This document shows, piece by piece, positions 29,086-37,424 of a stretch of DNA of 39,655 nucleotides; the first letter of the stretch is position 1, and each line of letters starts with the position of its first letter. The stretch is from IMG/VR virus record IMGVR_UViG_3300032295_000873, positions 1 through 39,655 of that record; one strand, 5' to 3'. The stretch is from a virus (lineage: Duplodnaviria > Caudoviricetes). Position numbers and translations under genes: made by a program. The notes beneath the pieces are model-generated. The model made no database searches. It was given only the letters and a program-made list of their open reading frames with translations, and was not told the DNA's origin.

Positions 29086-29226
29086 TTATTTACATTTACC
29101 ACAATAATTATATACTCGTACATTATTTATATGTAATTCAAAATTTTTAGAACAACGATAACAAACTACAAGTAAAGTTTGTTTAGGTCTATCTATCCAA
29201 TAAAATGGACTTCTAATTTTCCACAC
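29086..29226 (-). CDS. Small zinc-finger protein (46 aa; absent from ORF track)
   Basis: GTG start, CYRC...CGKC, fills the intergenic gap exactly; very AT-rich. Confidence 0.6.
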   Translation of the reverse strand: MWKIRSPFYWIDRPKQTLLVVCYRCSKNFELHINNVRVYNYCGKCK

Positions 29227-29507
29227 TAATTAATGCCTTCCCACTGTCCTCTTTGTACCAATAGTCCGATTATAGCGTAGTTAGCCAGGTCTATAAGGGT
29301 ATCTTCAATTGATTCAAAATTGGGCGTGGCGTCCTTACCAGCCATGTTATTTAATCTAGCCAGTTTGTCATACATCCTCACACGCAGCCCATTCATCGCA
29401 CCGCCAGGGGCAAGGGCGATGTTCAAAGGTCCGTAATCTTCCTGCTTCTTCATCATAATAGTACGCAGTTCGTTGAGGATTACATCAACATCACTTGGGT
29501 TTTTCAT
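29226..29507 (-). CDS. DUF1599 (nucleotide modification associated domain 1) protein
   Basis: KQEDYG...VRMYDKLARLNN...ESIEDTLIDLANYAII. Confidence 0.8.
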   Translation of the reverse strand: MKNPSDVDVILNELRTIMMKKQEDYGPLNIALAPGGAMNGLRVRMYDKLARLNNMAGKDATPNFESIEDTLIDLANYAIIGLLVQRGQWEGIN

Positions 29508-29802
29508 CTAACATCTCCTTCATGCTGGTATCGAATTGTTCCATGGCTGATACTACCTGTATCTCATCGGCAAATTCTTTGCCTTCTCCTATGCTGCTTG
29601 CATATATAACTGTGCCTAATAGTGTAAGCATCTTGAGTGCATCTTGTGGTTCTTCTTGTATAGTTAGATAGATATCTCTTAGTGCATTGAGTATGTCTAG
29701 CCCTTGATTGCCAGAGATAGCGATGCCAACTAACTTTTTATTGTTTCCAATAAAATTCCAGAAGTCATCATTGCTGTCCCAAACATTTTTTAATTCGCTC
29801 AT
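29491..29802 (-). CDS. Hypothetical protein
   Basis: 103-aa ORF overlapping both neighbours. Confidence 0.65.
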   Translation of the reverse strand: MSELKNVWDSNDDFWNFIGNNKKLVGIAISGNQGLDILNALRDIYLTIQEEPQDALKMLTLLGTVIYASSIGEGKEFADEIQVVSAMEQFDTSMKEMLDEKPK

Positions 29803-30403
29803 CTATCCACTCCTTTCCTTCTTGCACAATAATACTATTAACATCATGCCCTTCTGGCATTTGCAATAGGTTAACATTATGTAGTTCTCGGCTTAGTCTT
29901 TTGCCAAACTCTAAGCCAGCATTGTCACCGTCTGCTAATACGATTACTGTTTCAAAGTCGTCTAGTATCTTGGCATAGTATGGTCTCCAGTTGTTAACTC
30001 CAGGTATACCAACTGATGGATGCCCTGTCTTAACTGACAAAACAACTGTGTCAATTTCACCTTCAGTTACACATACATAACTACCTGCCGTTAGTACTAC
30101 TTGTGCATTGAACATCGTAGTCTTAGCCCCAGGTACACCCATATACTTTGGGTCTTCGTTATTGTTTATACTTCTAAAACGTATATCAACTACACCTGAC
30201 GGTGTGATGTAAGGGATTGCTAATCTATTTCTGTATGCCTCATGTCCTGGCAATGGGTCTGCCACTACACCCAGACTAAATGTTCTGCCCTCTTCTACCG
30301 ATAGATGCCGAGTTGAAAGATACTTTTCTGCCAGATGTAAATCCTTTTTGTACTGGTCTGTTGCCTGCAAGAGATATGCTCTCTGCGAATTTGACAGCCT
30401 CAA
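29768..30403 (-). CDS. DNA primase, Toprim part
   Basis: RLAIPY, PKY, TEGEID, DGDNAG. Confidence 0.9.
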   Translation of the reverse strand: MRLSNSQRAYLLQATDQYKKDLHLAEKYLSTRHLSVEEGRTFSLGVVADPLPGHEAYRNRLAIPYITPSGVVDIRFRSINNNEDPKYMGVPGAKTTMFNAQVVLTAGSYVCVTEGEIDTVVLSVKTGHPSVGIPGVNNWRPYYAKILDDFETVIVLADGDNAGLEFGKRLSRELHNVNLLQMPEGHDVNSIIVQEGKEWIDERIKKCLGQQ

Positions 30404-30617
30404 TATAATTACCTCCTTCTTTATACATTATTAAATCATATACATCGCCTTGTGCTTCGCAGCCAAAGCATTTAAATCTATTGTCATCATAGTTTATTGC
30501 TGCTGATGCATGCTTGTCACCATGAAAAGGACACTTCATCTTGCGCCAGCCATGCCCAACTGCTGGCAGGGTGGCGCCTACGTGTAGTAGATAGCCAGAT
30601 ACATCATGTTTTATCAT
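30276..30617 (-). CDS. DNA primase, CHC2 zinc-binding part
   Basis: CPFHGDKHASA...FKCFGC...GDV. Confidence 0.9.
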   Translation of the reverse strand: MIKHDVSGYLLHVGATLPAVGHGWRKMKCPFHGDKHASAAINYDDNRFKCFGCEAQGDVYDLIMYKEGGNYIEAVKFAESISLAGNRPVQKGFTSGRKVSFNSASIGRRGQNI

Positions 30618-30945
30618 TGATTTTATTGATTAATTCTATCCATAATTTTGCTGGCATTGTTGCATACCATTCTCCTACATCTCCTTTACCTATACGTTTG
30701 TGTAATACTACGCCTGTCCATGCTTTGTCATTCTTTATTTCTATTTCTAATTCTTTTATCCATGCAGATAAATCTATTCGTCTATGATTCTTTACTTCTA
30801 TAACTACACCGTTAACTCCTGCTATATCTCCTTTGTCTAGATGTGCCCCTGCTATTCTACGTTCTGCGTATGGAAACCATTTTTTTAACCAATTAACTAC
30901 ATCTCTTTCTGCGCTAGAACCTTTTGCTTTGCGTGGGTTACTCAC
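30604..30945 (-). CDS. Holliday junction resolvase (Hjc-like PD-(D/E)XK)
   Basis: KG...ERDVV..L...GDI...VIEVKN. Confidence 0.8.
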   Translation of the reverse strand: MSNPRKAKGSSAERDVVNWLKKWFPYAERRIAGAHLDKGDIAGVNGVVIEVKNHRRIDLSAWIKELEIEIKNDKAWTGVVLHKRIGKGDVGEWYATMPAKLWIELINKINDKT

Positions 30946-31763
30946 TCTAATTCCTCCTGATGTGGTGGCATGTACCTGACTATGACATCATCTAGATACA
31001 TAGACTCAGGATTAAATGCGAGAGTAACATAGTTGTTGCCTGTTTGGTCGGCTTTGCCATAGCGATTCTTAACTGCGGCTACACATAGGTAGTTCATATC
31101 TGCTTGTTTCATCTGACCAATAGTCAATACCATTGCTGGTATCTGATTGACTAGCCCTTGGATAGATGACCTTGGCTGACACGGACTGCCTTCATATCCT
31201 TCTTTAGTATGGTGCAATACAAGTAGTGCTGCATTTGTATCTCTGGCTAGATACTTAAGTTCTTTCATGGCTGCACGCATACCACCAAACTCATCGTGTC
31301 CATCCATTGCTATGTCCATAAGATTATCTACAACTATAAGTGCTGGGCTTCTGCCCCATATAGTTTCGAATGCTGATACTTCTTCATCTAAATCTTTTAG
31401 TGTGGGGCTGGATTCAAAACACCAGAACAAGTGGTTGCCATTACCTAATACTTCTTTTGCTTTGTCTGGTTGCCGTTTGATTAACTGTTCGGCTTGCTGT
31501 TGGCTGATGTTGCCAGTCATTGCAATTAATCTCATTGCCATTGTATGTGCGTTAGTATCCGCACTAAAGTAAAGGGTTGGTAGTTTAGTTTTTGCTGCAA
31601 TTGCTAGAGCAATTGATGACTTACCTGCGCCAGGTGTACCTGCTATGACTGTTACTTCTGCTCTGCGTAATATCATACCTGCGTTTTCAAATACTTTAAA
31701 CACTGCTGGTAGTGGCTCGCCACCTACATTAGTATTGTTAACACTTCTAATTAATGTTTTCAT
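30942..31763 (-). CDS. DnaB-like (SF4) helicase
   Basis: Walker A GTPGAGKS, Walker B IVVDNL, LHH, VKNRYG. Confidence 0.88.
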   Translation of the reverse strand: MKTLIRSVNNTNVGGEPLPAVFKVFENAGMILRRAEVTVIAGTPGAGKSSIALAIAAKTKLPTLYFSADTNAHTMAMRLIAMTGNISQQQAEQLIKRQPDKAKEVLGNGNHLFWCFESSPTLKDLDEEVSAFETIWGRSPALIVVDNLMDIAMDGHDEFGGMRAAMKELKYLARDTNAALLVLHHTKEGYEGSPCQPRSSIQGLVNQIPAMVLTIGQMKQADMNYLCVAAVKNRYGKADQTGNNYVTLAFNPESMYLDDVIVRYMPPHQEELE

Positions 31764-31777
31764 TGCTCTCCTTTATT

Positions 31778-31816
31778 AGAAACGGGGCGTAGCACTTTAT
31801 CTACGCCCCGTTTTCT
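31778..31816. terminator. Perfect 13-bp hairpin (terminator or processing site)
   Basis: AAACGGGGCGTAG / CTACGCCCCGTTT. Confidence 0.7.
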
Positions 31817-31824
31817 ATCAGACA

Positions 31825-32280
31825 CTAAGCAAAGATTGGCTTAGTACGTAGTTCTGCTGGGATTTTAGGCCCTGACCAGTTAGGTCCTGCTGCTGGGTCA
31901 TAGAATGCTTTGTATGGCTTGCCTGTGCTTTGTGCTTTTCCATACTTAAGAACCATAACTCCACGTTCACATGATGGTGCACCTGGTTTGTTGTATACCC
32001 AAGTGTTACCCCATTTATCTTCTACTGTTTCTTCTCCACCTGATTCTGTGGATGAGATGTTTGAATTAAAACTAGAAGCAATATCTGCCACGGACATAGG
32101 CTTGTTGCCTGTTGTTCCTTTGACTGCTAGTTCTACTTCAGTAACTGCATCGGTAATTGTATGTATACCTTGTGCAATCATGTCAGCAAATTGGTCTGCT
32201 GTATCTGCACGCAAAGTTATCTGCGTACCTGCTGCTGTTTTGAGATTGATACTGATTGGTGATTCTGTACTACTCATCAT
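31825..32280 (-). CDS. Hypothetical protein of the recombination module
   Basis: Lies between exonuclease and helicase; RBS AGGAG. Confidence 0.7.
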   Translation of the reverse strand: MMSSTESPISINLKTAAGTQITLRADTADQFADMIAQGIHTITDAVTEVELAVKGTTGNKPMSVADIASSFNSNISSTESGGEETVEDKWGNTWVYNKPGAPSCERGVMVLKYGKAQSTGKPYKAFYDPAAGPNWSGPKIPAELRTKPIFA

Positions 32281-32284
32281 TCTC

Positions 32285-33052
32285 CTATTCAAATTCAGTG
32301 GTCAGACCTTTCTGGTCCCTCCACTGTCTTGCTTTCATGGCTAATTGTAAACCTTTCCAGCCCTCTTTAATATCTATCCACATTAACTTGCACGTGCCTG
32401 TTCCTGCGGGTAGATGGATAATGATTGCCTTGTCTTTGTTCACTTCGCCCCATGTACTACGGGTTGCCGTAGCACCATCATACGGCAAGCCGTTAGCATA
32501 GATTGCTAACTGTATTGCGATATTACTTGGATGGTCTATGCGACCAGTTTTAATATCTGCAATAAACAACTCGCCTTTATACTCAACAACCCTGTCTGGT
32601 GTACCAGCAACTTTGTATTTGTCTAGCACACTGAACTGTTCAATGAATTTGTTGTTGAGAATTTTAGTTGCATGTTCATAGGCTTTAACATCTGGTAACC
32701 ATTCTGCTGGTACCGCACCTAGGTCATGCCCTAAATCTAATTGTTCAGCAAATGAATGGATTGCTGTTCCGATGTTGGCTGCTTTGTTTGCACCTGCTAC
32801 TTGCATAGCATCTTCAATCAAAGAGTTAACTGCCATCTTATCTTCTTGTGCTGCACTAATAGATAATAATATATCTGGTCGTGTAGTCAACCCGATTGCT
32901 GCCATCCGCATTTTCCATGCTACTAATGCTGATGCATCATCTAATGAGTTAGCAATTGTGGTTGCTCTTGTATAGGCTATTGCTTTGCCACCTTTAGGTG
33001 GCACTATCAATGGTCTACCGTACCTATCTCTATCTATTTCTATTGATGTCAT
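32285..33052 (-). CDS. PD-(D/E)XK exonuclease (RecE/RecB-like)
   Basis: GTAIH, E, AGTPDR, IADIKTG, QLAIYA. Confidence 0.88.
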   Translation of the reverse strand: MTSIEIDRDRYGRPLIVPPKGGKAIAYTRATTIANSLDDASALVAWKMRMAAIGLTTRPDILLSISAAQEDKMAVNSLIEDAMQVAGANKAANIGTAIHSFAEQLDLGHDLGAVPAEWLPDVKAYEHATKILNNKFIEQFSVLDKYKVAGTPDRVVEYKGELFIADIKTGRIDHPSNIAIQLAIYANGLPYDGATATRSTWGEVNKDKAIIIHLPAGTGTCKLMWIDIKEGWKGLQLAMKARQWRDQKGLTTEFE

Positions 33053-33064
33053 GTTCTCCTTTTA

Positions 33065-33121
33065 TGAGTTGCCCTGAGAAAGGAGATAGCCGAAACCAGG
33101 GCACTCAAGATTAGTATATCA
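33065..33121 (-). promoter_or_regulatory. Extended -10 promoter plus leader hairpin with anti-RBS loop
   Basis: TGaTATACT at 33121-33113; 11-bp stem 33107-33097/33076-33065; loop contains CTATCTCCTTT. Confidence 0.6.
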
Positions 33122-33125
33122 CATA

Positions 33126-33584
33126 CTATGCTTCAGGATGTACTGACTGTATCTCAATGTCGTCTACCCAGATGTCGCCATCATCATTGTAGGTAACATC
33201 AATATTATCTTTAGCCATTTCTTCTGCTGTTTCTTTATCTGGTGCATCTATACCTGTAATTGTGGCTGTAATAAATATTGTTGCTGACCAAGTGGTAGTT
33301 AGTTGGTCTACTCCTAGACCTCTAAGCAATTCATTTATGTCTTCAATTGAGCAACATATATCTTCATTAATATTGTTGCCTTCTTTTCTTGACTCAAAGA
33401 ACTCTCGTACATCCCAGCCCATACTCTTAACTTTACGTTCGGCTTGGGCTACTTCTACCTTCAGGTTCTCTTTCTCTTCTATTAATCTTGTAAGAGATTC
33501 ATTGGTAAAGGTATACTTGGTACCTGATACTTGGATGGATACTGTTGGTTCAGCACCATCTACTTCACTGTAATACATTGTCAT
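33126..33584 (-). CDS. Acidic hypothetical protein
   Basis: 152 aa, RBS AAGGAGATAG. Confidence 0.75.
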   Translation of the reverse strand: MTMYYSEVDGAEPTVSIQVSGTKYTFTNESLTRLIEEKENLKVEVAQAERKVKSMGWDVREFFESRKEGNNINEDICCSIEDINELLRGLGVDQLTTTWSATIFITATITGIDAPDKETAEEMAKDNIDVTYNDDGDIWVDDIEIQSVHPEA

Positions 33585-33593
33585 TCTATCTCC

Positions 33594-33746
33594 TTATATT
33601 TTTATAGATGTTTGTGGATATGTAGCACCCTCTGCTTTATCGCAGTCATCACACCAATAGCCATACAAACCATTGGCAAATAATGATTCAGATACTACTT
33701 GCTTCTGTTGTCTACATACATTGCATTCTTTATACTGGGATATCAT
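33594..33746 (-). CDS. Small zinc-finger protein
   Basis: CNVC...CDDC; start at MISQY. Confidence 0.6.
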   Translation of the reverse strand: MISQYKECNVCRQQKQVVSESLFANGLYGYWCDDCDKAEGATYPQTSIKI

Positions 33747-33750
33747 ATAA

Positions 33751-34749
33751 CTATACTCCCAATAATTCAAGGGCTTTGGATTTAATACTATCATTACGTC
33801 CAGCCATTGTGCTAATCGCAAGGTTCTTGCCCTTAGCATTGTAGTCAGCCCACTCTATAACTGCATGCCACATACCAAACTCAGTGCCTCGTATGTTTTC
33901 TTGGGTAGGTGATTTTGAATAGATATTGAATGCTAAGTTTCTAGCGTTCATAGCATTTGTATATTGTTTTTTCTCACCTGTAGATAGCAGTTCATATGGT
34001 GCTTCTTCTAACTTAGAAGGCAATCCAAACACACGCTTGAAATAATTCTTAGCATGTTCATGGCTTGCTTGTCTGTCTAATAAAGTATCAGCCAACGCTG
34101 TGTAATCATTAGCCATATCATAGGTTAGTTGTATGATGTTAGCAATCTCTGATACTGATAGCACTGCGTTGCTTGTATGGTTTAAACTATAAGTATATTT
34201 ATTCTTGTTTTTATATATCTTATTGATTTGATTCATACAAAATAAACGCTCAATCACTGGTTTAATTATGACTGAACTGCTGCCATCATGGCTGGTCCTG
34301 GCTAGTAAGAAGGCTGAGTGTGGGTCATTGGCTATTGTCATCTCCATTGGAGTTTCCATTAGCATCCAAACTTTTGCACCACCATCATACTCACCTGCTG
34401 CTGCGTATCTAATACCACTAGAGTCAATAAGATTATCTAGTGTGCTAAAGATTTCAGCATTCTGAAATACTTTGTAGCGGTTACCTACTACACCAATGGC
34501 AGATGTCTGTCCATATGGGTCTGTTTTAATAACTGCTTTTTTGTTTTCAATTGGAATATAATCTTTAACCAAATTTATTCCATTCTCACCTGGAATTGTA
34601 TAGGTTGCAGTTATATCATGCAATGATACTGACCAGTCTAATCCTGCTTGACTGGCTACCTCACTGGCTGATGTAGCCTCTACTGCTACACCTGCTTTGT
34701 GCCATGCTGCTTTGCGTGCAGTTCCGTGTATGAGTGTATCAGTTGTCAT
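33751..34749 (-). CDS. DUF932 phage/plasmid-like protein
   Basis: AWH, AGLDWSV, GVVG.RY...QN, TSHDGS, R.FCMNQ, HT, GT.FGMWHAVIEW.D. Confidence 0.85.
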   Translation of the reverse strand: MTTDTLIHGTARKAAWHKAGVAVEATSASEVASQAGLDWSVSLHDITATYTIPGENGINLVKDYIPIENKKAVIKTDPYGQTSAIGVVGNRYKVFQNAEIFSTLDNLIDSSGIRYAAAGEYDGGAKVWMLMETPMEMTIANDPHSAFLLARTSHDGSSSVIIKPVIERLFCMNQINKIYKNKNKYTYSLNHTSNAVLSVSEIANIIQLTYDMANDYTALADTLLDRQASHEHAKNYFKRVFGLPSKLEEAPYELLSTGEKKQYTNAMNARNLAFNIYSKSPTQENIRGTEFGMWHAVIEWADYNAKGKNLAISTMAGRNDSIKSKALELLGV

Positions 34750-35287
34750 CTGACACCTCTTGTACCTCTATTGAGTAAATAGAATCAACAACCTTTGAGT
34801 GTAGTTGTTCAGCCATCTCTTTGAAACTTCCTGCTGGCCACTCTGCTGCAAAGACTCTGCTTAATAATTTTGCTAATGCATACTCTGGATTAAGAGTAAG
34901 CACATCAAGCAACATAGTCTTGGCTAGTTCTACTTCTTCGGTTTGATATAGGTATCCACAAAATACTGTGGCTAATGGAACTGCTTTATCCTTAACAACA
35001 ACATTACCAAGTAATGATATGTATTCACCTACATAATCAATGTCCTTTTCTAATTGGACACCCATTAAGAAGTCACGGATATTTAGATTGTCATTGGTAG
35101 CAATGGCTACTTCTGCTATATGTTTGGCTGATGGTATAACACCATCTGCTAGTCCATCGATTGCTTTACGAATGTCCTCAACAATACGAACATTTGTATC
35201 ACGGTCCTCTGGATTGTATTTACCTTCTTGATTAATCAACTCATCCTTAACTTCAGTGCGAAGTGGATTGTAGTCTATCTCTATCAT
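34739..35287 (-). CDS. DUF4192-like protein
   Basis: IRDF...A.PLAT....Y...A...L..VL..NPEYALAKLL pattern recalled from the actinobacterial family. Confidence 0.6.
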   Translation of the reverse strand: MIEIDYNPLRTEVKDELINQEGKYNPEDRDTNVRIVEDIRKAIDGLADGVIPSAKHIAEVAIATNDNLNIRDFLMGVQLEKDIDYVGEYISLLGNVVVKDKAVPLATVFCGYLYQTEEVELAKTMLLDVLTLNPEYALAKLLSRVFAAEWPAGSFKEMAEQLHSKVVDSIYSIEVQEVSDDN

Positions 35288-35305
35288 TTTATCTCCTTTG
35301 TCTGA

Positions 35306-35334
35306 GGGCGTCTCGCCCCTTCTGGCGGACGCCC
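35306..35334. promoter_or_regulatory. GC-rich intergenic hairpin next to RBS
   Basis: GGGCGTC(T)CGCC-CCTTCT-GGCGGACGCCC. Confidence 0.6.
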
Positions 35335-35340
35335 GTCTTG

Positions 35341-35769
35341 CTACAAGTAACGGGCTATTGAATTGTAAGTAGATGTTGACACCACTTCCTCATCAGTAAG
35401 TTTAAGGATACGAATGGTGCTGTTGATTTCCTCTACCATTTCTTCGTATGCATGTGAGTTCATTTGTTCATAATCACGACTTGGTTCTTTAGGAAACTCA
35501 TCTTGACTAATGATTAAATCGAAGTCAACATTAAGTGTTGAGTTCCATGCACGATAGTTAGTGCGTAGATTCTCAGCCTTTGATACATTGTCCATTGCAA
35601 ATTTAATAACTTGTTTTCTCCAAGTTTCCATTTGCTTCTGATATTTTTTCTCATTCTCATCTTGCTTTGCATAGTCACCCTTAATCTGGGTTAACTTAGA
35701 TTCCAATGCTGCGATTACCTTAACTGTAGGTATTTTGACATTGATTGTCTTGCCGTTTCCTCTTGCCAT
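35341..35769 (-). CDS. Hypothetical protein
   Basis: Start MARGNGK after RBS AAAGGAGATA. Confidence 0.75.
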   Translation of the reverse strand: MARGNGKTINVKIPTVKVIAALESKLTQIKGDYAKQDENEKKYQKQMETWRKQVIKFAMDNVSKAENLRTNYRAWNSTLNVDFDLIISQDEFPKEPSRDYEQMNSHAYEEMVEEINSTIRILKLTDEEVVSTSTYNSIARYL

Positions 35770-35793
35770 TTTATCTCCTTTGTTAGTTGTTAG

Positions 35794-35920
35794 TGTTCCG
35801 TGTTCGCAGGTAGCGGAACAACCCACCTTCCATAATCATCTATCCAGATGGTGCGAATTTTTGGCATAAACTACGCTGCTTTTCAGAGGGTTACTCCTTA
35901 CGCTGGTTCACTATGCCAAA
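35794..35920 (-). promoter_or_regulatory. Structured intergenic leader with H-type pseudoknot
   Basis: AGGUGG/CUACCU and UGUUCCG/CGGAACA interleaved stems; upstream UUUGGCAUA/UAUGCCAAA stem. Confidence 0.5.
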
Positions 35921-35921
35921 C

Positions 35922-36344
35922 TTAATACCATCCGTTGGCACGCCAATGTGCCCATGCAACTGATGGTCTTTCATAACGGTGCTCGATGTAAGCCAAGCCC
36001 CGTTCAATTTGATACGGGGCTGGCGTTTTTGGGTCAAGTCCTAGTATCTGTGGAATACCACCAGCAGTAGACTCTTTGTTGTCTGCTTGATGCCGCCAAT
36101 TACTTTCTTTGGTCCAAAGTTTTTCTAGTGCTACCCACTCAGACCTGTTCCAATGTGGGTAATCCCATTTGATTAGGGCCTTGGCGTATGCTTTGGCTGT
36201 TCGTGGTGTCCAAAGTGTTAAGTCGTTTAAGCAGTTGGCTTCCAACTGTGTTGCCACTGCCACTGCGTAGGCTGGAGTCGGAAAGAATGGCGCTGATAAG
36301 AACGCCAGTAGCCAACTCAAATACCCTGCTAATATCCTTTTCAT
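35922..36344 (-). CDS. Secreted lytic transglycosylase (SLT/Rpf-like)
   Basis: Signal peptide ending AYA; KESNW (catalytic Glu), A.N..STAGGIPQ, QI..GL.YI..RY, AW.HW...GWY. Confidence 0.85.
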   Translation of the reverse strand: MKRILAGYLSWLLAFLSAPFFPTPAYAVAVATQLEANCLNDLTLWTPRTAKAYAKALIKWDYPHWNRSEWVALEKLWTKESNWRHQADNKESTAGGIPQILGLDPKTPAPYQIERGLAYIEHRYERPSVAWAHWRANGWY

Positions 36345-36439
36345 CTAATAAACCTCCATGTGATATAGCCAAAGAGTATGAGGAATGTCCAGGTTTGTGA
36401 TGGCGTGAGGTATGAATTGATAATGAAGTTGTCAATCAT
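36341..36439 (-). CDS. Small membrane peptide (32 aa)
   Basis: MIDNFIINSYLTPSQTWTFLILFGYITWRFIR; ATGA overlaps on both sides. Confidence 0.5.
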   Translation of the reverse strand: MIDNFIINSYLTPSQTWTFLILFGYITWRFIR

Positions 36440-36621
36440 CTCACCCTAACAATCTCTTGGCCATGCTTTACACCCTTATCAAACTCTACTACATACCAAT
36501 TGCTGGGGTCATCAAGGGCCTCATCACCTGCTGTGTCTATGTTTATATGTGTGGTTCGGCATCTAACTTTGGCTAGTATCCACACGGTATGCTCCCATTG
36601 TGGGGTATCCTCATCAAGCAT
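36436..36621 (-). CDS. Hypothetical protein
   Basis: Start MLDEDTP after GAGGA. Confidence 0.6.
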   Translation of the reverse strand: MLDEDTPQWEHTVWILAKVRCRTTHINIDTAGDEALDDPSNWYVVEFDKGVKHGQEIVRVR

Positions 36622-36775
36622 TTGATTCCTCATCATTTTTTAGAAGGTCATTAACTGTAGGTTCATCTACATATACTCTGCCTGTTGCAAGTAACTCATC
36701 GTATACATCAAGCAGGTCAAGCATTGCATATGCAAAGGCTTCTTTAATTTTAAGTAGTTCCTCTCTGCTACGCAT
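36614..36775 (-). CDS. Acidic hypothetical protein (53 aa; absent from ORF track)
   Basis: MRSREELLKIKEAFAYAMLDLLDVYDELL...; RBS AAGGGA. Confidence 0.6.
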   Translation of the reverse strand: MRSREELLKIKEAFAYAMLDLLDVYDELLATGRVYVDEPTVNDLLKNDEESNA

Positions 36776-36929
36776 TGATATCCCTTCTTGTTCTCTCGTA
36801 GTTGTTCCTAGTTAGACGCTCAATGTGTCTATCTTGTAGCCTGATTATATAGAATGCATAGCATAATGCAAGCATACAACTAACTAATGCTATGATAATT
36901 CCAATCATTGTTCCTGTATCTAAATACAT
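36768..36929 (-). CDS. Small single-TM protein (53 aa; absent from ORF track)
   Basis: MYLDTGTMIGIIIALVSCMLALCYAFYII...; RBS AGGAGATAG. Confidence 0.7.
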   Translation of the reverse strand: MYLDTGTMIGIIIALVSCMLALCYAFYIIRLQDRHIERLTRNNYERTRRDINA

Positions 36930-37000
36930 ACTATCTCCTATTCGACTCGTAATGTGCTCAGTTCAACTAGTAGCGCTCCGTTGCAACTACCTCAGCCTGT

Positions 37001-37046
37001 AAAAAAAAAGGTAGGCAGGGTGAGAGCCTAAGCCCCCACCCTGCCT
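37001..37046 (-). terminator. Intrinsic terminator
   Basis: AGGCAGGGTG/CACCCTGCCT stem with G.U extension on - strand, then U9. Confidence 0.88.
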
Positions 37047-37051
37047 GATTG

Positions 37052-37354
37052 TTATACTAGTGCTATATCAGTAACGATTTTGTTATCGTACCACTTCTCG
37101 TTTTTCTCGGAGTAAGTGCTGGTTTCATAGCCAGTGATATTGACTTTGTACTCAGATGTAGCATTGAAATTTTGGCGAACGAACTCCACCAAAATTGGGT
37201 CAGTGAATGTTACTTGACGAGCGGATACGAACTTGGATTTTGTGGAACCATCTGGTTGCACATCATCTCTACGGTCAACCACCGTGCCTTTGATTACTGA
37301 CTGGTAATCACGGACACCCTTAAGGATTGACTCTGTGTATGTGAATGTATTCAT
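37052..37354 (-). CDS. Possible OB-fold ssDNA-binding protein
   Basis: 100 aa beta-rich; VNITGYETSTY....KWY...IVTDI resembles the SSB C-terminal strands; no acidic tail. Confidence 0.45.
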   Translation of the reverse strand: MNTFTYTESILKGVRDYQSVIKGTVVDRRDDVQPDGSTKSKFVSARQVTFTDPILVEFVRQNFNATSEYKVNITGYETSTYSEKNEKWYDNKIVTDIALV

Positions 37355-37377
37355 TTCTGTATCTCCTTTATCTGATT

Positions 37378-37418
37378 GGGGCGGCTTCCCCTATCACGAA
37401 GTGTAGGGGAGTCGCCTT
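37378..37418 (+). promoter_or_regulatory. Long GC-rich hairpin with cGAAg loop on the template strand
   Basis: GGGGCGGC(T)TCCCCTA(T)CAC-GAA-GTGTAGGGGAGTCGCCTT; three G.T pairs form only on +. Confidence 0.6.
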
Positions 37419-37424
37419 GGTTAG

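Noticed and set aside
30821-30834. Additional AAAGGAGATA motif
   Set aside because: Lies inside the resolvase gene (encodes KGDI) with no suitable start codon
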